A DNA stretch of 64,000 nt, from contig DASZLE010000090.1 in assembly GCA_035552475.1 (NCBI GenBank), forward strand, positions 35,486-99,485, in the 5' to 3' direction. The notes under the pieces are model-generated. The model saw only the letters and a list, made by a program, of their open reading frames with translations. It made no database searches and was not told the DNA's origin. The stretch comes from Terracidiphilus sp. (GTDB taxonomy: Bacteria; Acidobacteriota; Terriglobia; Terriglobales; Acidobacteriaceae). Positions 38,401 through 48,342 of this stretch are shown one piece after another; within the stretch, counting starts at the first letter, position 1, and the number at the start of each line of letters is the position of its first letter. The translations under genes were made by a program, and so were the position numbers.

Positions 38401-38841
38401 CATGGTGCCCGCGGCCAGCAGGAGCAGTTGGCTGAAGTCGCGCTTGTTCAGCGGCAGCTCGCTCACTTCCTGGCTCGACAATGCTTCGCCACCGGTCGCG
38501 CTCGCCTGGTTGTTCAGAGCCGTCACCGTGATCTCGCCGCGATCCGAAATCTCGATGTCAACCGGCTTCGCTCCCGGGTCCAGGGCGATCGTCTGCGCGT
38601 ACTCCGCCGTGCGCCCGCCCGTCTCAATGGTTAGCCGGTAATGTCCCGAAGCCAACGAGGCGATGTGAAACGCCCCATCTTCGCCGGCGATCCCCTGCGC
38701 GCTCTTTTCGTCGCCGCTCAGCCGGATCTTCGCCCCTGACATCGGCGCGCCGCCTGAGTTGTGGATCCGTCCTCGCCAGGCAACCGTTGCAGCGGGTTCC
38801 TGCGCGCACATCCACGCCGCGCACACCAGCAACATCGACAT
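35488..38841 (-). CDS. TonB-dependent receptor-like outer membrane protein (Oar type, carboxypeptidase-regulatory N-domain)
   Basis: ELPLNKRDFSQL, RNSSFDARNYF, YAQDTWKV..LTL.YGVRWD, FRAEFFNLFN, C-terminal RQIQLSLKLIY. Start uncertain (38841-38913). Confidence 0.9.
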   Translation of the reverse strand: MSMLLVCAAWMCAQEPAATVAWRGRIHNSGGAPMSGAKIRLSGDEKSAQGIAGEDGAFHIASLASGHYRLTIETGGRTAEYAQTIALDPGAKPVDIEISDRGEITVTALNNQASATGGEALSSQEVSELPLNKRDFSQLLLLAAGTMTDTNGATNFTQQFAINGQRGVEATFAMDGADISDPEMGGSTFSNFNVDAVEAIQSSSGWMPAEIGRGASGFTNIVTRSGASGFHGSIFEFVRNSSFDARNYFDHPTPAYPGRIPPFRRNEFGFTNGGPVFLPHLYDGRKRTFYFVEYQGFRQVLGTTQVLPVPTAAERAGTDVVTYADGSTDTLTVPVNGQIAPILARYPMPNDPTGPYAGRTYATPSKVATDADQFELRFDHKISSKDQFFARFIMDNLTGPTTNPDQTAIDPAFGVQYLDRQRNVVGRWTRMATPRLSFESAISITRSTPGFPTPDSTDPGVKFNDGTYEAFNSAAGSVMQAYGNLFEGQENVSYTTGRHALKIGVDVRMNRDTTYFGISPNGEYDFGGGTAYATEAIPSRSGTHDLHPGDPLPDTLSGFLSGSAFVYTVAIAPPYFSSGEHIGPAAISRSNFAAYAQDTWKVNDRLTLDYGVRWDLYKPITERAHRTSSFRTIDGVQQFIVNPQPGYDTNYLAFEPRMQVEWQAMRNLQVHAGASIMAIPPNIWQDNFLTGSTPFVVYPRAVANAGAPIPYGFQITPGQLPQTYTPQGQNIFASGNTNVPANTVMDVDRYEKDVAALTPGHVVSALNLSGIDRSFDNATLYTWTLGLERKFGNLVGDAAYVGTVGEKLPRYSFPNAYPGASPGFAPHTQFDSAGNVTGGFGVENVITSDSHSSYHALQTSLSGTVGHGGPGIQASYTWSKSIDDTSIVIGGTGSTGAVASGFSQDPYDTHPEKGPSNFDAANNFSLSVAQDLHGESAAWLRPLSRKVTYGWELLSIASMSSGSPFTVFSGIQQTGYGSNGVDRPDQIAKPHLSTARKAREDYFGEGANNAADFFSIPIHIAGGTGPNQGRFGTLGRNTFRGPAFYDYDFALIKDTPFGQRPSGAERIDMQFRAEFFNLFNIVNMGAPSNILNGSGFGEISRTAGNSRQIQLSLKLIY

Positions 38842-39116
38842 GGGCAGCGTACGCCGCCATACTGCAACAAATTTCAGGAATTCTGCCGTCTTCAAATCAA
38901 AATAGCAATGCATAAATGGCTCTGGCTTCCGTAAAAAATGGGCTTCTGTTCAGCGTTCTTCCGTGTGAGAACTTGAACGCGATTATACTAGTCGCCTCTA
39001 CTAAAAGGTTTCAGCTCGTTCTCGGACGGTTCGACCGCGCTACAAGTCGGCACGGCGCCCGCACCAATCTGCCGGCCGTTCCCTTCGCGCGCTTTTCCCT
39101 ACAATGGATTCACACC

Positions 39117-40511
39117 ATGTCCGAGCCGCTCGCCACTGACGCCATCGACACTATCGCCGCTATTTCCACACCTCCGGGCCGCGGCGGCATCGGGATCGTG
39201 CGCCTCAGCGGTCCGCTTGCGCGTTCCATCGCGGAGCAGCTTGTCCACCTTCGCCAGCCCCTCGAGCACGCCCGTGCCCGCCTCGCCGATGTCTTCGATG
39301 TGTCCGCTTCCGAACCGGCCCGCATCGATGAAGCCGTCATCACTTTCTTCGCTGCACCCAACTCTTACACCTCAGAAGACCTGGTCGAGATCGCGGCGCA
39401 CGGCTCGCCCGTCGTCCTCGATCATCTCCTCCGCCGCGCCATCGCCCTCGGCGCCCGCCGCGCCGAGTCCGGCGAGTTCACCCAGCGCGCCTTCCTCGCC
39501 GGCCGCATCGACCTCACCCAGGCAGAAGCGGTCCGCGACCTCATCGAGGCCCAGACCCTGACCCAGGCGCGCCAAGCCGCCAGCCAGATGGGTGGCGCGC
39601 TCAGCCGCCGCGTCGCGCCCATCAAGCAATCTCTCGTCGAGCTCATCGCCCTGCTTGAAGCCGGCATCGACTTCGCCGAAGATGACATCGACGTTGCCCC
39701 GCAGGTCGAGATCGCCCGCCGCCTTGCAGCAGTCACGGCGCCGCTCGCTGCGCTTGAGGCTTCCTTCTCCCTCGGCCGCATTGTGCACGACGGCCTCTCT
39801 CTTGCCATCGTCGGCCGTCCCAACGCCGGAAAAAGCTCGCTTTTCAATCGACTCGTCGAGCGCGAGCGCGCCATCGTCACCCCCTCGCCCGGCACCACGC
39901 GCGATACTGTTACCGAGCGCATCTCCCTCGAAGGCATCCCGCTCGAACTTGTTGACACCGCAGGGCTCCGCGAAGCCCACGACGTGGCCGAGCAGCTCGG
40001 CATCGCCCGAAGTCGCGAAGCCCTCGCCGACGCCGCTCTTGTTCTAGTTGTGCTGGATGCCACGCAGCCGCTCAATGAAGAAGAGCGCGAGCTGCTCGCC
40101 GCCGTAGAGGGCCGCTCCGCGCTCGTCGCCGTCAACAAATCCGACATCGGCAACCACGATCATGCCGCGTCAGAGCTTGCTGCGCCCGGGCTCGCCGCGC
40201 TTCCCGTTCTCGCCACTTCAGCGCTCACCGGCCAAGGCGTCCCTGAGCTCCGCGCCCGCATCCTCGCGCTTGCCTCCGGCGGCGCCGCCAGCGAGCCCGG
40301 CATGCTCACCAGCCTCCGCCATCATCAGGCCGTCACTGGCGCGTTGGCCGCGCTCAATGACGCGGCGCAGTCCAACGCCGCAGCCATTCCCCACGAGATG
40401 ATCCTGCTCGACCTTTACTCCGCCCTCGCCGCGCTTGATTCCCTCACCGGCCAGACCACCACCGACGACATCCTCAACCTCATCTTCTCCACCTTCTGCA
40501 TCGGAAAATAG
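39117..40511 (+). CDS. mnmE: tRNA modification GTPase MnmE
   Basis: [49 protein letters not shown]. Confidence 0.97.
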   Translation: MSEPLATDAIDTIAAISTPPGRGGIGIVRLSGPLARSIAEQLVHLRQPLEHARARLADVFDVSASEPARIDEAVITFFAAPNSYTSEDLVEIAAHGSPVVLDHLLRRAIALGARRAESGEFTQRAFLAGRIDLTQAEAVRDLIEAQTLTQARQAASQMGGALSRRVAPIKQSLVELIALLEAGIDFAEDDIDVAPQVEIARRLAAVTAPLAALEASFSLGRIVHDGLSLAIVGRPNAGKSSLFNRLVERERAIVTPSPGTTRDTVTERISLEGIPLELVDTAGLREAHDVAEQLGIARSREALADAALVLVVLDATQPLNEEERELLAAVEGRSALVAVNKSDIGNHDHAASELAAPGLAALPVLATSALTGQGVPELRARILALASGGAASEPGMLTSLRHHQAVTGALAALNDAAQSNAAAIPHEMILLDLYSALAALDSLTGQTTTDDILNLIFSTFCIGK

Positions 40512-41048
40512 AACGGTTGCTAACTTCCCAAAGTGAACGGCGAACGCCAATTCTCCGGTGGACCAAGCGGCGGCGAGACCCGCCGTCCAGGATTAAGAAT
40601 CATGACAACAGTGCTTTGAAGCGCGCCGTTTACGCTGATCGCGCGCGCCGGTCGGGGATGCTGTCAAACAGGAATCACGGAAGAGATGTCGCTCGAGAAC
40701 GTGACGTAGCTCACAAAAGGCCGCCTTCAATTAGAAAAAGTTCACAATTGCTTGACAGAAGTCGTACTTTTGTCTTGCTGCCTACCTACCCGCGTGTTAT
40801 GGTGCTTGTATCTTCCCCGATGAAAGTTAGAGGTCAGGTGAGGAACATCTCACCAGAAATTACGTCTTCGCCTTGTGCGGAGGTAGCCGAGTTAGTGCCT
40901 CGCAATACCGATCTCGCGCTTGGGACCGAGAGGGGCGAAGCCCGCCCAAGATGCACCTTCAATAAGTTACCTTGACAGATGCCCTCGCAAGGCTACGCCA
41001 ATACCTCCAAGTATCCGGCAACCTTCGTTCAACACCTCTAATTCTTTC

Positions 41049-41405
41049 ATGTCGGTTCTGATACCGCGAATCCGCACAATCAACGTCCGCCTTTCCGAGG
41101 AGGAATACCTGGCGCTGGAGCGTTTCTGCGTCGCCAGCGGCGCGCGGAGCATTTCGGACCTCGTGCGCAGCGCCATGCACAGTCTCGTAACCGGCGCGAA
41201 TCAAGAGAGCGCTTTAGCCTCAAGCGTGAACCAATACTCGACGCACGTGAGGAGTTTGGAACACAAGGTAGAGGATCTAGCCGCGCAACTCGCATCGTTC
41301 AAGGCTGGTATGCAACCCGGCAATGTAAGCGGGACTGACGAGGGCACCGAGATAGCGGAGGAAAAGCCCTTGGTCGACATCGCCCCATCCTCCACTCCGG
41401 ACTAG
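41049..41405 (+). CDS. Ribbon-helix-helix (CopG/MobC-like) DNA-binding protein with coiled coil
   Basis: RIRTINVRLSEEEY..L...C...GARSISDLVRSAM, then heptad-like VRSLEHKVEDLAAQL. Confidence 0.7.
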   Translation: MSVLIPRIRTINVRLSEEEYLALERFCVASGARSISDLVRSAMHSLVTGANQESALASSVNQYSTHVRSLEHKVEDLAAQLASFKAGMQPGNVSGTDEGTEIAEEKPLVDIAPSSTPD

Positions 41406-41560
41406 TAACTCTTGGGTGAGACGGATTCATAACGCGAAATCAAGGCTCGTGAGGTGCGTCATCACCAGCACACAACCGTGTAAGACGGCAAGGAAGACCG
41501 GATGACACTCTGTGTCCCTTGCTACGTCTTGACGTTTGCTTTTGAAACTCCCAGGTTCTT

Positions 41561-44065
41561 ATGATTCATAAGCTCTCAATGTTGCTTCTCTTGTCCAGCT
41601 CGTTTTGCGCTGGACAGCTTGCTCCAAATGCTCCGGCAACTGGACCAGCTTGCGTGCCCTCTGAAGGAGCTCCCTGTCCCGCGTCTGAGTCGAATCAAAC
41701 GCCATTAACCAGGATGCCCTCTTTAACTGTTCCGACTCTCGCAAACGGAGCCGGCACAATCCCCTTCGAATCCATCCCTGGCCGACCTGAAGCTGTCCCT
41801 CCATCAACCAGATTGGCAGGTCCTCTCACTACTCGATCGGAATTTGAGCTTTTCGCTGAGGACGCCGCGGGGCGTCCGCTTCCGGTGTACGGCCGGCTGC
41901 TGTTCGACCAGGTTCCAACCACATTTGCTCCCACTGATCGCGTTCCGGTTCCCGCGGATTACGTGATTGGGCCCGGAGATGAGCTGCTCATACGAGTATG
42001 GGGAAAGATCGATCTCGACACGAGAGTGACTGTGGACAGAAACAGTCAGATCTTTATACCAAAGGTGGGGACTCTGAGCGTCACCGGCTTGCACTTCGAG
42101 CAGCTCGAGAGTTATCTCCAGGCAGCCATAAGCAAGATTTACAAAGGATTCGAGCTGAACGTTACAATGGGCCAGCTTCGATCCATTCAGATCTTCGTGT
42201 TGGGAAGCGCGCGTCAACCTGGAGCATACACGGTAAGCTCCCTAAGCACGCTTGTGAACGCGCTCTTTGCTTCCGGCGGTCCGTCCGCCACAGGCTCGAT
42301 GCGGGACATTCAATTGCTCCGCGCGAACCGCATCGTGACGGAATTTGACATTTACGATCTCTTGCGGCGAGGGGACAAATCTCGCGATGTTCAGCTGCTT
42401 CCTGGAGATGTGATCTATATTCCGTCTGTTGGCCCGCAGATCGCGCTTGTGGGAAGTATCAACGAACCAGGGATCTATGAATTAAGGGGAGAATCAACGA
42501 TTGCCTCCGCGTTGAAAGACGCGGGAGGACTGACCAATTTGGCGGAAGCAGATCGCGCTTTATTGGAAAGCATTGAGAATCACAGGAGGCGGACGGTTGA
42601 TGACTTCCCCCTGGACGGATCCGCAATGCAGCGCGCGCTCAAAGATGGGGATATGCTGAGAATCTTCCCCATCTCGCCGAAGTTTGAAAATGCAGTCATG
42701 CTGCGTGGTAATGTCTTTCAGCCCGGCCGTTTTTCCTGGCACGAAGGAATGCGCGTGTCGGACTTGATCCCGTCACGAGATTTCCTGATAACCAGGAGCT
42801 ACTGGTATCAGCAAAATCATTTGGCCGAGCGCGCGCAGCCGGCTAACAGTTGGAGCGAGCAGAGTGGCGCTGCGGGAGCCTCGCGGAAGGAAAGCGGGTC
42901 CAACCCGCAATTTGGTTCATCCGGGTGGTTGCAATCAGAGTCGCTTGAGCCCGCACAACTGCAATTGTCTGAGCTCACACCACTGCAGTCGCCTGATCGC
43001 ACACAATCGCAATCGCCTGATCGGACACAATCGCAAGCGCCTGAGCGAATGCAATCGCAAGCGCCCGAGCGGATGCACATAGATATCATGGCTGATTTGG
43101 CCCAGAACAGTGCAGAGATCAACTGGGATTATGCGGCCATTCAACGACTCGATCCGCAGGATTTAAGCACTCGTCTGATTCCGTTCAACCTGGGCAAGGC
43201 AATCGACGATCCCGCATCCCCTGATAGTCAGTTTTTGAAGCCGGGCGATGTAATCACCATCTTTTCCAGGAAGGACCTGCCTTTGCCGACGGACAAACAC
43301 GCGATGTTTGTCCGGGTCGACGGAGAGGTCAATGCACCAGGCGTGTACCGCATCAATCCGGGAGACACTCTGCGAAACCTTGTTGAACGCGCTGGAGGAC
43401 TTACTCAACATTCCTACCTTTATGCTTCTCAATTGACGCGCGTTTCAACTCGCGAGGCCGAAGAAGAGCAACTCCGGATCTCCGTCTCTCAAATGCAGAG
43501 GGAACTCACGTCGCGATATGCGACAGCCCCTACGGCGAATTCGGCCAATACTGCCGAGCAACAGGCGCAGTTCAACGCGCAACAGAGCGCCCTGGCGCAG
43601 CTCGCAGCAGTTCACCCAACGGGCAGAATCGTTCTCGACCTGCAAGCGAGCGCCGACACCCTGGCAGACATACCAAACTTCGCTCTCGAAGACGGGGACA
43701 GCTTCCATATTCCACCACGGCTGAGCACTATTCAGGTTGCCGGGGCGGTCTACAACGAGAACGCCTTTCGGTATCGGCCCCGGAAGCGCCTCTCCGCGTA
43801 TCTGAATGATGCCGGCGGACCTACTCGGGAAGCGGATGCCAAGCGAATCTTCCTGATCCGCGCAGATGGGACCGTGATCAGCAGGCAGACCCACGGGGAG
43901 TTCTGGCGCTCGAACTTTGAGAATACGATTCTCCTGCCCGGAGACGCGATTATTGTCCCCACCAAGCTGAAGGCGCCGGGAGGCTTCATGCAACAGCTTC
44001 CGTTTATAACTCAAATTCTCTCCCAAACTGCCATGACCGGCGCCATCATCGGCGGGTCCTACTAA
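41561..44065 (+). CDS. Polysaccharide export protein with multiple SLBB domains (Wza/KpsD-like)
   Basis: DYVIGPGDEL.IRVWG, repeated G.V..PG.Y motifs, LLPGDAIIVP; signal peptide. Confidence 0.9.
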   Translation: MIHKLSMLLLLSSSFCAGQLAPNAPATGPACVPSEGAPCPASESNQTPLTRMPSLTVPTLANGAGTIPFESIPGRPEAVPPSTRLAGPLTTRSEFELFAEDAAGRPLPVYGRLLFDQVPTTFAPTDRVPVPADYVIGPGDELLIRVWGKIDLDTRVTVDRNSQIFIPKVGTLSVTGLHFEQLESYLQAAISKIYKGFELNVTMGQLRSIQIFVLGSARQPGAYTVSSLSTLVNALFASGGPSATGSMRDIQLLRANRIVTEFDIYDLLRRGDKSRDVQLLPGDVIYIPSVGPQIALVGSINEPGIYELRGESTIASALKDAGGLTNLAEADRALLESIENHRRRTVDDFPLDGSAMQRALKDGDMLRIFPISPKFENAVMLRGNVFQPGRFSWHEGMRVSDLIPSRDFLITRSYWYQQNHLAERAQPANSWSEQSGAAGASRKESGSNPQFGSSGWLQSESLEPAQLQLSELTPLQSPDRTQSQSPDRTQSQAPERMQSQAPERMHIDIMADLAQNSAEINWDYAAIQRLDPQDLSTRLIPFNLGKAIDDPASPDSQFLKPGDVITIFSRKDLPLPTDKHAMFVRVDGEVNAPGVYRINPGDTLRNLVERAGGLTQHSYLYASQLTRVSTREAEEEQLRISVSQMQRELTSRYATAPTANSANTAEQQAQFNAQQSALAQLAAVHPTGRIVLDLQASADTLADIPNFALEDGDSFHIPPRLSTIQVAGAVYNENAFRYRPRKRLSAYLNDAGGPTREADAKRIFLIRADGTVISRQTHGEFWRSNFENTILLPGDAIIVPTKLKAPGGFMQQLPFITQILSQTAMTGAIIGGSY
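42986..43077 (+). repeat. In-frame 24-bp tandem repeat x4 (QSPDRTQS/QAPERMQS)
   Basis: CAGTCGCCTGATCGCACACAATCG, CAATCGCCTGATCGGACACAATCG, CAAGCGCCTGAGCGAATGCAATCG, CAAGCGCCCGAGCGGATGCA. Confidence 0.85.
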
Positions 44066-44072
44066 GCAAAGG

Positions 44073-45353
44073 ATGACGACGATGGAACAGGAATGCATTG
44101 CAAGCCCCTTGCTTCCTACGCCGGAAGAGGTGGCCGCATCTCAGATTGAAGTCTCTCGGAGTCGGAGAGAGATCACAGTCCTTGAATTTCTGATCGAACT
44201 TGCCCGGCGCAAGCTACTGATCGCCGAGATCACAGGCGCCGCAACGGTCATCGGAATCGTACTCAGCCTGGCGCTGCCTGTCCGCTATACGGCCACTACC
44301 CGCATCCTTCCTCCCCAGCAGACACAGTCCACGACTTCCTTGTTTATGAGCCAAATTGTAGCGAGTGGCGCCAACCCTCTGGCTGCAGTGGCAGGCGCTG
44401 GACTCGGTCTGAAGAATCCGAGCGATCTTTATGTTGGGATGCTGCAGTCACAAACTGTTGCGGATGCGCTGATCCACCAATTCGATCTGACCCGCGTCTA
44501 TCGGTCGCGAGACCTTACGCAAGCGCGTGAGAAGCTTGCGCACAACACGATGGTGACGTCGGAAAAGAGCGGGTTGCTCTCAATTGCGGTGACCGACCGG
44601 GACAAGAAGCGCGCGGCCGCACTAGCCAATTCCTATACCGGCGAACTCCGCACCCTCACCCAAAGCCTCGCGGTTTCAGAGGCCTCACAGCGCCGCCTAT
44701 TTTACGACGATCAGCTCAAGCAGGCCAAAGAGGCGCTGGTCGCGGCCGAGCTCGGGTTCGAGAAGGTTCAGCAGCAAAAGGGATTGGTTGCTTTGGACGC
44801 GCAGGCCAAGGTGATGATTGAGACCCTGGGCGAGTTGCACGCGCAGGCGGCAGCCAAGCAGGTCGAGGTGCAGGCGCTTCGATCCTATTCGACAGAACAG
44901 AACCCCGAGGTTCAATTAGCGGAGCAGGAGCTCTCAACGTTACAGGCGGAGGCCGCGCATACAGAGCAGCGCAGCCACTCCCAGGGGAGCGGCAACCTGG
45001 GCCTGGGGGATGTTCCCAGCGCAGGCCTCGAATATTTGCGCGCGCAGCACGAGTTAGTTTATCGGCAGACCCTCTACGACCTGCTGATCAAGCAGTACGA
45101 TGCGGCGCGGCTCGACGAGTCAAAGGAAGCAGCAATCATCCAGATCGTCGATCCGGCCACGGTGCCGGATCGGAAATCGGCGCCGCGGCGGCCCCTGATC
45201 GTACTGATGTCTGCGCTGCTCGGATTCTTTGCCGGAGGGTGTTACGTGCTGGCAGCCATGGCGCTCGAGCGAGCGAGGCGGAGCCCCGAAATTGATCTTC
45301 AGTTTTCGGCTCTGAAAGCTGCGCTGGCTGTTGACAAGCACAGCACCTGCTAA
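44073..45353 (+). CDS. Polysaccharide co-polymerase / chain-length determinant (Wzz/GumC-like, no kinase domain)
   Basis: Two TM helices flank a coiled coil; P.YTATTRILPP; IQIVDPA.VP.RKSAPRR. Confidence 0.88.
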   Translation: MTTMEQECIASPLLPTPEEVAASQIEVSRSRREITVLEFLIELARRKLLIAEITGAATVIGIVLSLALPVRYTATTRILPPQQTQSTTSLFMSQIVASGANPLAAVAGAGLGLKNPSDLYVGMLQSQTVADALIHQFDLTRVYRSRDLTQAREKLAHNTMVTSEKSGLLSIAVTDRDKKRAAALANSYTGELRTLTQSLAVSEASQRRLFYDDQLKQAKEALVAAELGFEKVQQQKGLVALDAQAKVMIETLGELHAQAAAKQVEVQALRSYSTEQNPEVQLAEQELSTLQAEAAHTEQRSHSQGSGNLGLGDVPSAGLEYLRAQHELVYRQTLYDLLIKQYDAARLDESKEAAIIQIVDPATVPDRKSAPRRPLIVLMSALLGFFAGGCYVLAAMALERARRSPEIDLQFSALKAALAVDKHSTC

Positions 45354-45407
45354 CTCGAACACATCTCTTCTGTGCCTAAGCTCCGCGCAAGCCGCGGAAC
45401 AAAATTT

Positions 45408-46475
45408 GTGAAAGAGAAACTCTTCACTGCCGGCCCCGTTGCCATGTTCCCCGATACCCTGCGTATCGGGGGGCAGCAGTCACCGTACTTCAGGACGGAG
45501 GAATTCTCCGGGATTGCGCTCGAGACAGAAAGGTGGATGTGCGCGCTGGCAGGCGCACCGGCAGAATCCAGATTGATCCTGCTCACTTGCTCCGGCTCGG
45601 GCGCCATGGAGGCGGCGGTACTGAATGCCGTCGGGCCCGGTGATCGCGTCTTGATCATCGTCGGCGGCGATTTCGGACAGCGGTTCTGTGATATCTGCGC
45701 GGCGCACGGTGTCGATTTCGACGTGGTTCGCCTCCTGCCGGGCCATACCCTGACGGTAGAGCAGATCGAATCGCTCCCCCTCGACAGTTACCATGCACTT
45801 CTAGTCAATGCACACGAAACCAGTACCGGAGTTCTTTACGATCTCATGCGGCTCGGCCAGGCATGTGCGCGGACCGGCACCCTCTTCATCGTCGACGCCG
45901 TTAGCTCATTCCTCTGCGATCCCATCGACATGGAGAAAATGTCGATCGACTCTTTGATTACCAGCTCACAAAAGGCGCTTGCCCTCGCACCCGGGCTATC
46001 GCTTCTCCTGCTCGGGCCGCGCTCCGTCGCGCTTGCCCGTGCCGGCAAAGTGCCCTCCCTTTACTTCGCCCTGGACCGCTATCTCGCCGATGGCGAGCGT
46101 GGCCAGACGCCCTTTACTCCGGCGGTCAATGTGGTCCTGCAGCTTCATCAGCGTGCGCGCAACCTCGTAACTGCAGGCGCGCAATCCGAAACGACGCGCT
46201 GCGCGCAACTGGCCCACCACTTCCGCGCTTCCCTGAGCGGTCTTCCACTGCGCATGTTTCCTGACTTGCCTTCAAACGCATTGACGGCGCTACAACCTAC
46301 TGACGGCCGCTCGGCTTTTGAGATTTTCCAACAGCTCCGATCCCGTTTCGGCCTTGTAGTCACACCCAGCGGAGGCAACCTGAGACACATACTGTTCCGC
46401 GTCGGTCACATGGGGAACCTATGCCAGACCGATCTGGAACTGCTTTCAGGCGCACTCAAGGAGATCATGCAATGA
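45408..46475 (+). CDS. PLP-dependent class V aminotransferase-fold enzyme (AEP transaminase/AGT-like)
   Basis: LFTAGPV, TCSGSGAMEA, HETSTG, VDAVSSF, SSQKALALAPG (PLP Lys), FRVGHMG. Confidence 0.88.
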   Translation: MKEKLFTAGPVAMFPDTLRIGGQQSPYFRTEEFSGIALETERWMCALAGAPAESRLILLTCSGSGAMEAAVLNAVGPGDRVLIIVGGDFGQRFCDICAAHGVDFDVVRLLPGHTLTVEQIESLPLDSYHALLVNAHETSTGVLYDLMRLGQACARTGTLFIVDAVSSFLCDPIDMEKMSIDSLITSSQKALALAPGLSLLLLGPRSVALARAGKVPSLYFALDRYLADGERGQTPFTPAVNVVLQLHQRARNLVTAGAQSETTRCAQLAHHFRASLSGLPLRMFPDLPSNALTALQPTDGRSAFEIFQQLRSRFGLVVTPSGGNLRHILFRVGHMGNLCQTDLELLSGALKEIMQ

Positions 46476-47215
46476 AAGCAATCCTTCTTGCCGCTGGCCG
46501 CGGCACCCGGATCAGCCGCAGCATCGACGGCAAACCCAAGTGCATGCTGATGCTCGATGAAGATACGAGACTCATCGAGTACACAACCGACCTCCTCCAC
46601 GCTAACGGAATTGCCGACGTCATCCTGGTTCTCGGTTACCAGAGCCGCGTGATTCGCGAGACTCTGGCTACCCGGCACGTTCGCTTTATCGAGAACCACT
46701 TTTTCGATTGCACTAACAGCATAGCGTCCCTCTGGTTCGCGCGCAGCGAATTGGATGGCTATGATGACTGCCTGGTGATGAACGGAGACGTGTTTCTTTC
46801 CGAGCAGGCCATCGATGCTGTTCTTGCCGAAAAGGAGAGTCCTGTTCTCTTCTACGACACTAGCCGATGCGAGGATGCCGATTATCGCTTCCAATGTGAG
46901 GGTGACCGGCTCGTCAACTACGGGAAGCACCTTTCCTTGGGGGACACCTCCGGCGAGTACATCGGCTGCGCACGCCTCGATCGGGCCTTCGTTCCCGCAT
47001 TTCTGTCCCGCCTCGACCAACTCATCGGAAGTCAGCAGCATGGCAAATGGTGGGAAGACGTTTTGTACTCCTTCTCCAGCGAACGGAAGATCATCGCCCG
47101 CGATATAGGCGGAGCTTTCTGGGGAGAAGTGGACTATATCGAGGACTACACTCGCATCATGACTTTCTACAAGGCGCTTTCACGAGAGACTGGTCGCGTA
47201 GCGATGACTCTCTAG
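46472..47215 (+). CDS. NTP transferase, LicC/PntC-like (phosphocholine/phosphonate cytidylyltransferase family)
   Basis: MKAILLAAGRGTRI...KPKC, TNSIASLW, MNGDV, GEYIG, WWED, WGEVD. ATGA overlap with the upstream gene. Confidence 0.85.
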   Translation: MKAILLAAGRGTRISRSIDGKPKCMLMLDEDTRLIEYTTDLLHANGIADVILVLGYQSRVIRETLATRHVRFIENHFFDCTNSIASLWFARSELDGYDDCLVMNGDVFLSEQAIDAVLAEKESPVLFYDTSRCEDADYRFQCEGDRLVNYGKHLSLGDTSGEYIGCARLDRAFVPAFLSRLDQLIGSQQHGKWWEDVLYSFSSERKIIARDIGGAFWGEVDYIEDYTRIMTFYKALSRETGRVAMTL

Positions 47216-47625
47216 TAAGAGGAAAGCGCTTACGTTGCGTGGAAAAGGCTAGCGGAAAGAACCGAGAATGAGCCCTTTTGAGATGCAACCAGAATTTAGG
47301 TTTATGTGGCCGACCGCATCTTGACCACCATGAAAAAAGCGATTTGGCGATTGTTGGCTAAGAACGCCAGGTTAAGTGAGGATCGCATGTCCGCATGCAG
47401 GAAATGCGAGAAGCTGGCGGTAATGAATTGCAGTGATTCCTATACTCTTCTGTCTCATCCCTGCCTTTTAGAATCTTTAACCGGTCATTGAGCTCAAGCA
47501 CTTTCACGACCACAGCCGGAATTGGCCCAGCGAGCTCGCAGATAAGTATTACTCAAAGGCTCTTTCTTTCCTGGCTGCGTCCTTTCCGGCTTTCCGAATT
47601 GCAGTCCGGCATAACCTCTTTTAAG

Positions 47626-48078
47626 ATGTCCAAGATCGTCCTCACTTACGGCACCTTCGATCTCTTCCACGTCGGTCATCTCCGTCTTCTGGAGCGGGCG
47701 CGGGCCCTGGGCGATTCCCTGATCGTGGGTGTTTCGACCGACGAGTTCAATATTGTCAAAGGCAAGAAGACCTTCATCGAGTTCTGTCATCGAATTGAGA
47801 TCGTCCGCTCGCTGCGCTGCGTGGTCGCGGTGTTTCCCGAAACCTGCTGGGAGCAGAAGCGGAACGACGTCGCAAGGTACAAAGCGGATATCTTCACCAT
47901 GGGCAGCGACTGGACGGGAAAGTTCGATTCTCTGAAAGATCAGTGCGAAGTTCTTTACCTGCCCAGGACAGAGAACATCTCCAGCACCGAGCTGAGAGCG
48001 AGACTCGCCAACCCGAATGCGATCCAGACGCAACATATACACGGTGATCAAAATCTTTGCAGCTCTCCAGATCGCTGA
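47626..48078 (+). CDS. tagD: Glycerol-3-phosphate cytidylyltransferase-like (TagD family)
   Basis: [43 protein letters not shown]. Confidence 0.85.
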   Translation: MSKIVLTYGTFDLFHVGHLRLLERARALGDSLIVGVSTDEFNIVKGKKTFIEFCHRIEIVRSLRCVVAVFPETCWEQKRNDVARYKADIFTMGSDWTGKFDSLKDQCEVLYLPRTENISSTELRARLANPNAIQTQHIHGDQNLCSSPDR

Positions 48079-48342
48079 GCGCAATGGAACCCCGGATAAA
48101 GCCGAGCGCGAGCGGAGTTCCGAGGATTATCCCGAAAACAACCTGCTCCGACCGCGCACGACTGAAAGACAAAACTCCTGAGAGGCTTCGGCTTGTTTTT
48201 GTCCGATTGACATAGATGTCTACTCCTCAAATACTTCCGCTCGCCCCGAGTCCGGCCGGCCAATTCTCCCGCTGCATCCCGGAGCATCAATCGCAGGCTA
48301 TTCCTCTCATCGGGCAGGGTCTCACTCTATCAGTGCCTCGGC

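Noticed and set aside
40870-40900. ops/JUMPStart element (GCGGAGGTAGCC)
   Set aside because: Only a partial match to GGCGGTAGnnTG, and it lies far from the first biosynthetic gene.
45408-47215. Complete phosphonate biosynthesis cluster
   Set aside because: No PEP mutase or phosphonopyruvate decarboxylase is in the window; kept only as one alternative.
47216-47625. Additional gene or N-terminal extension of tagD
   Set aside because: The short ORFs lack motifs and TagD homology starts at ATG 47626; more likely an internal promoter region or remnant.
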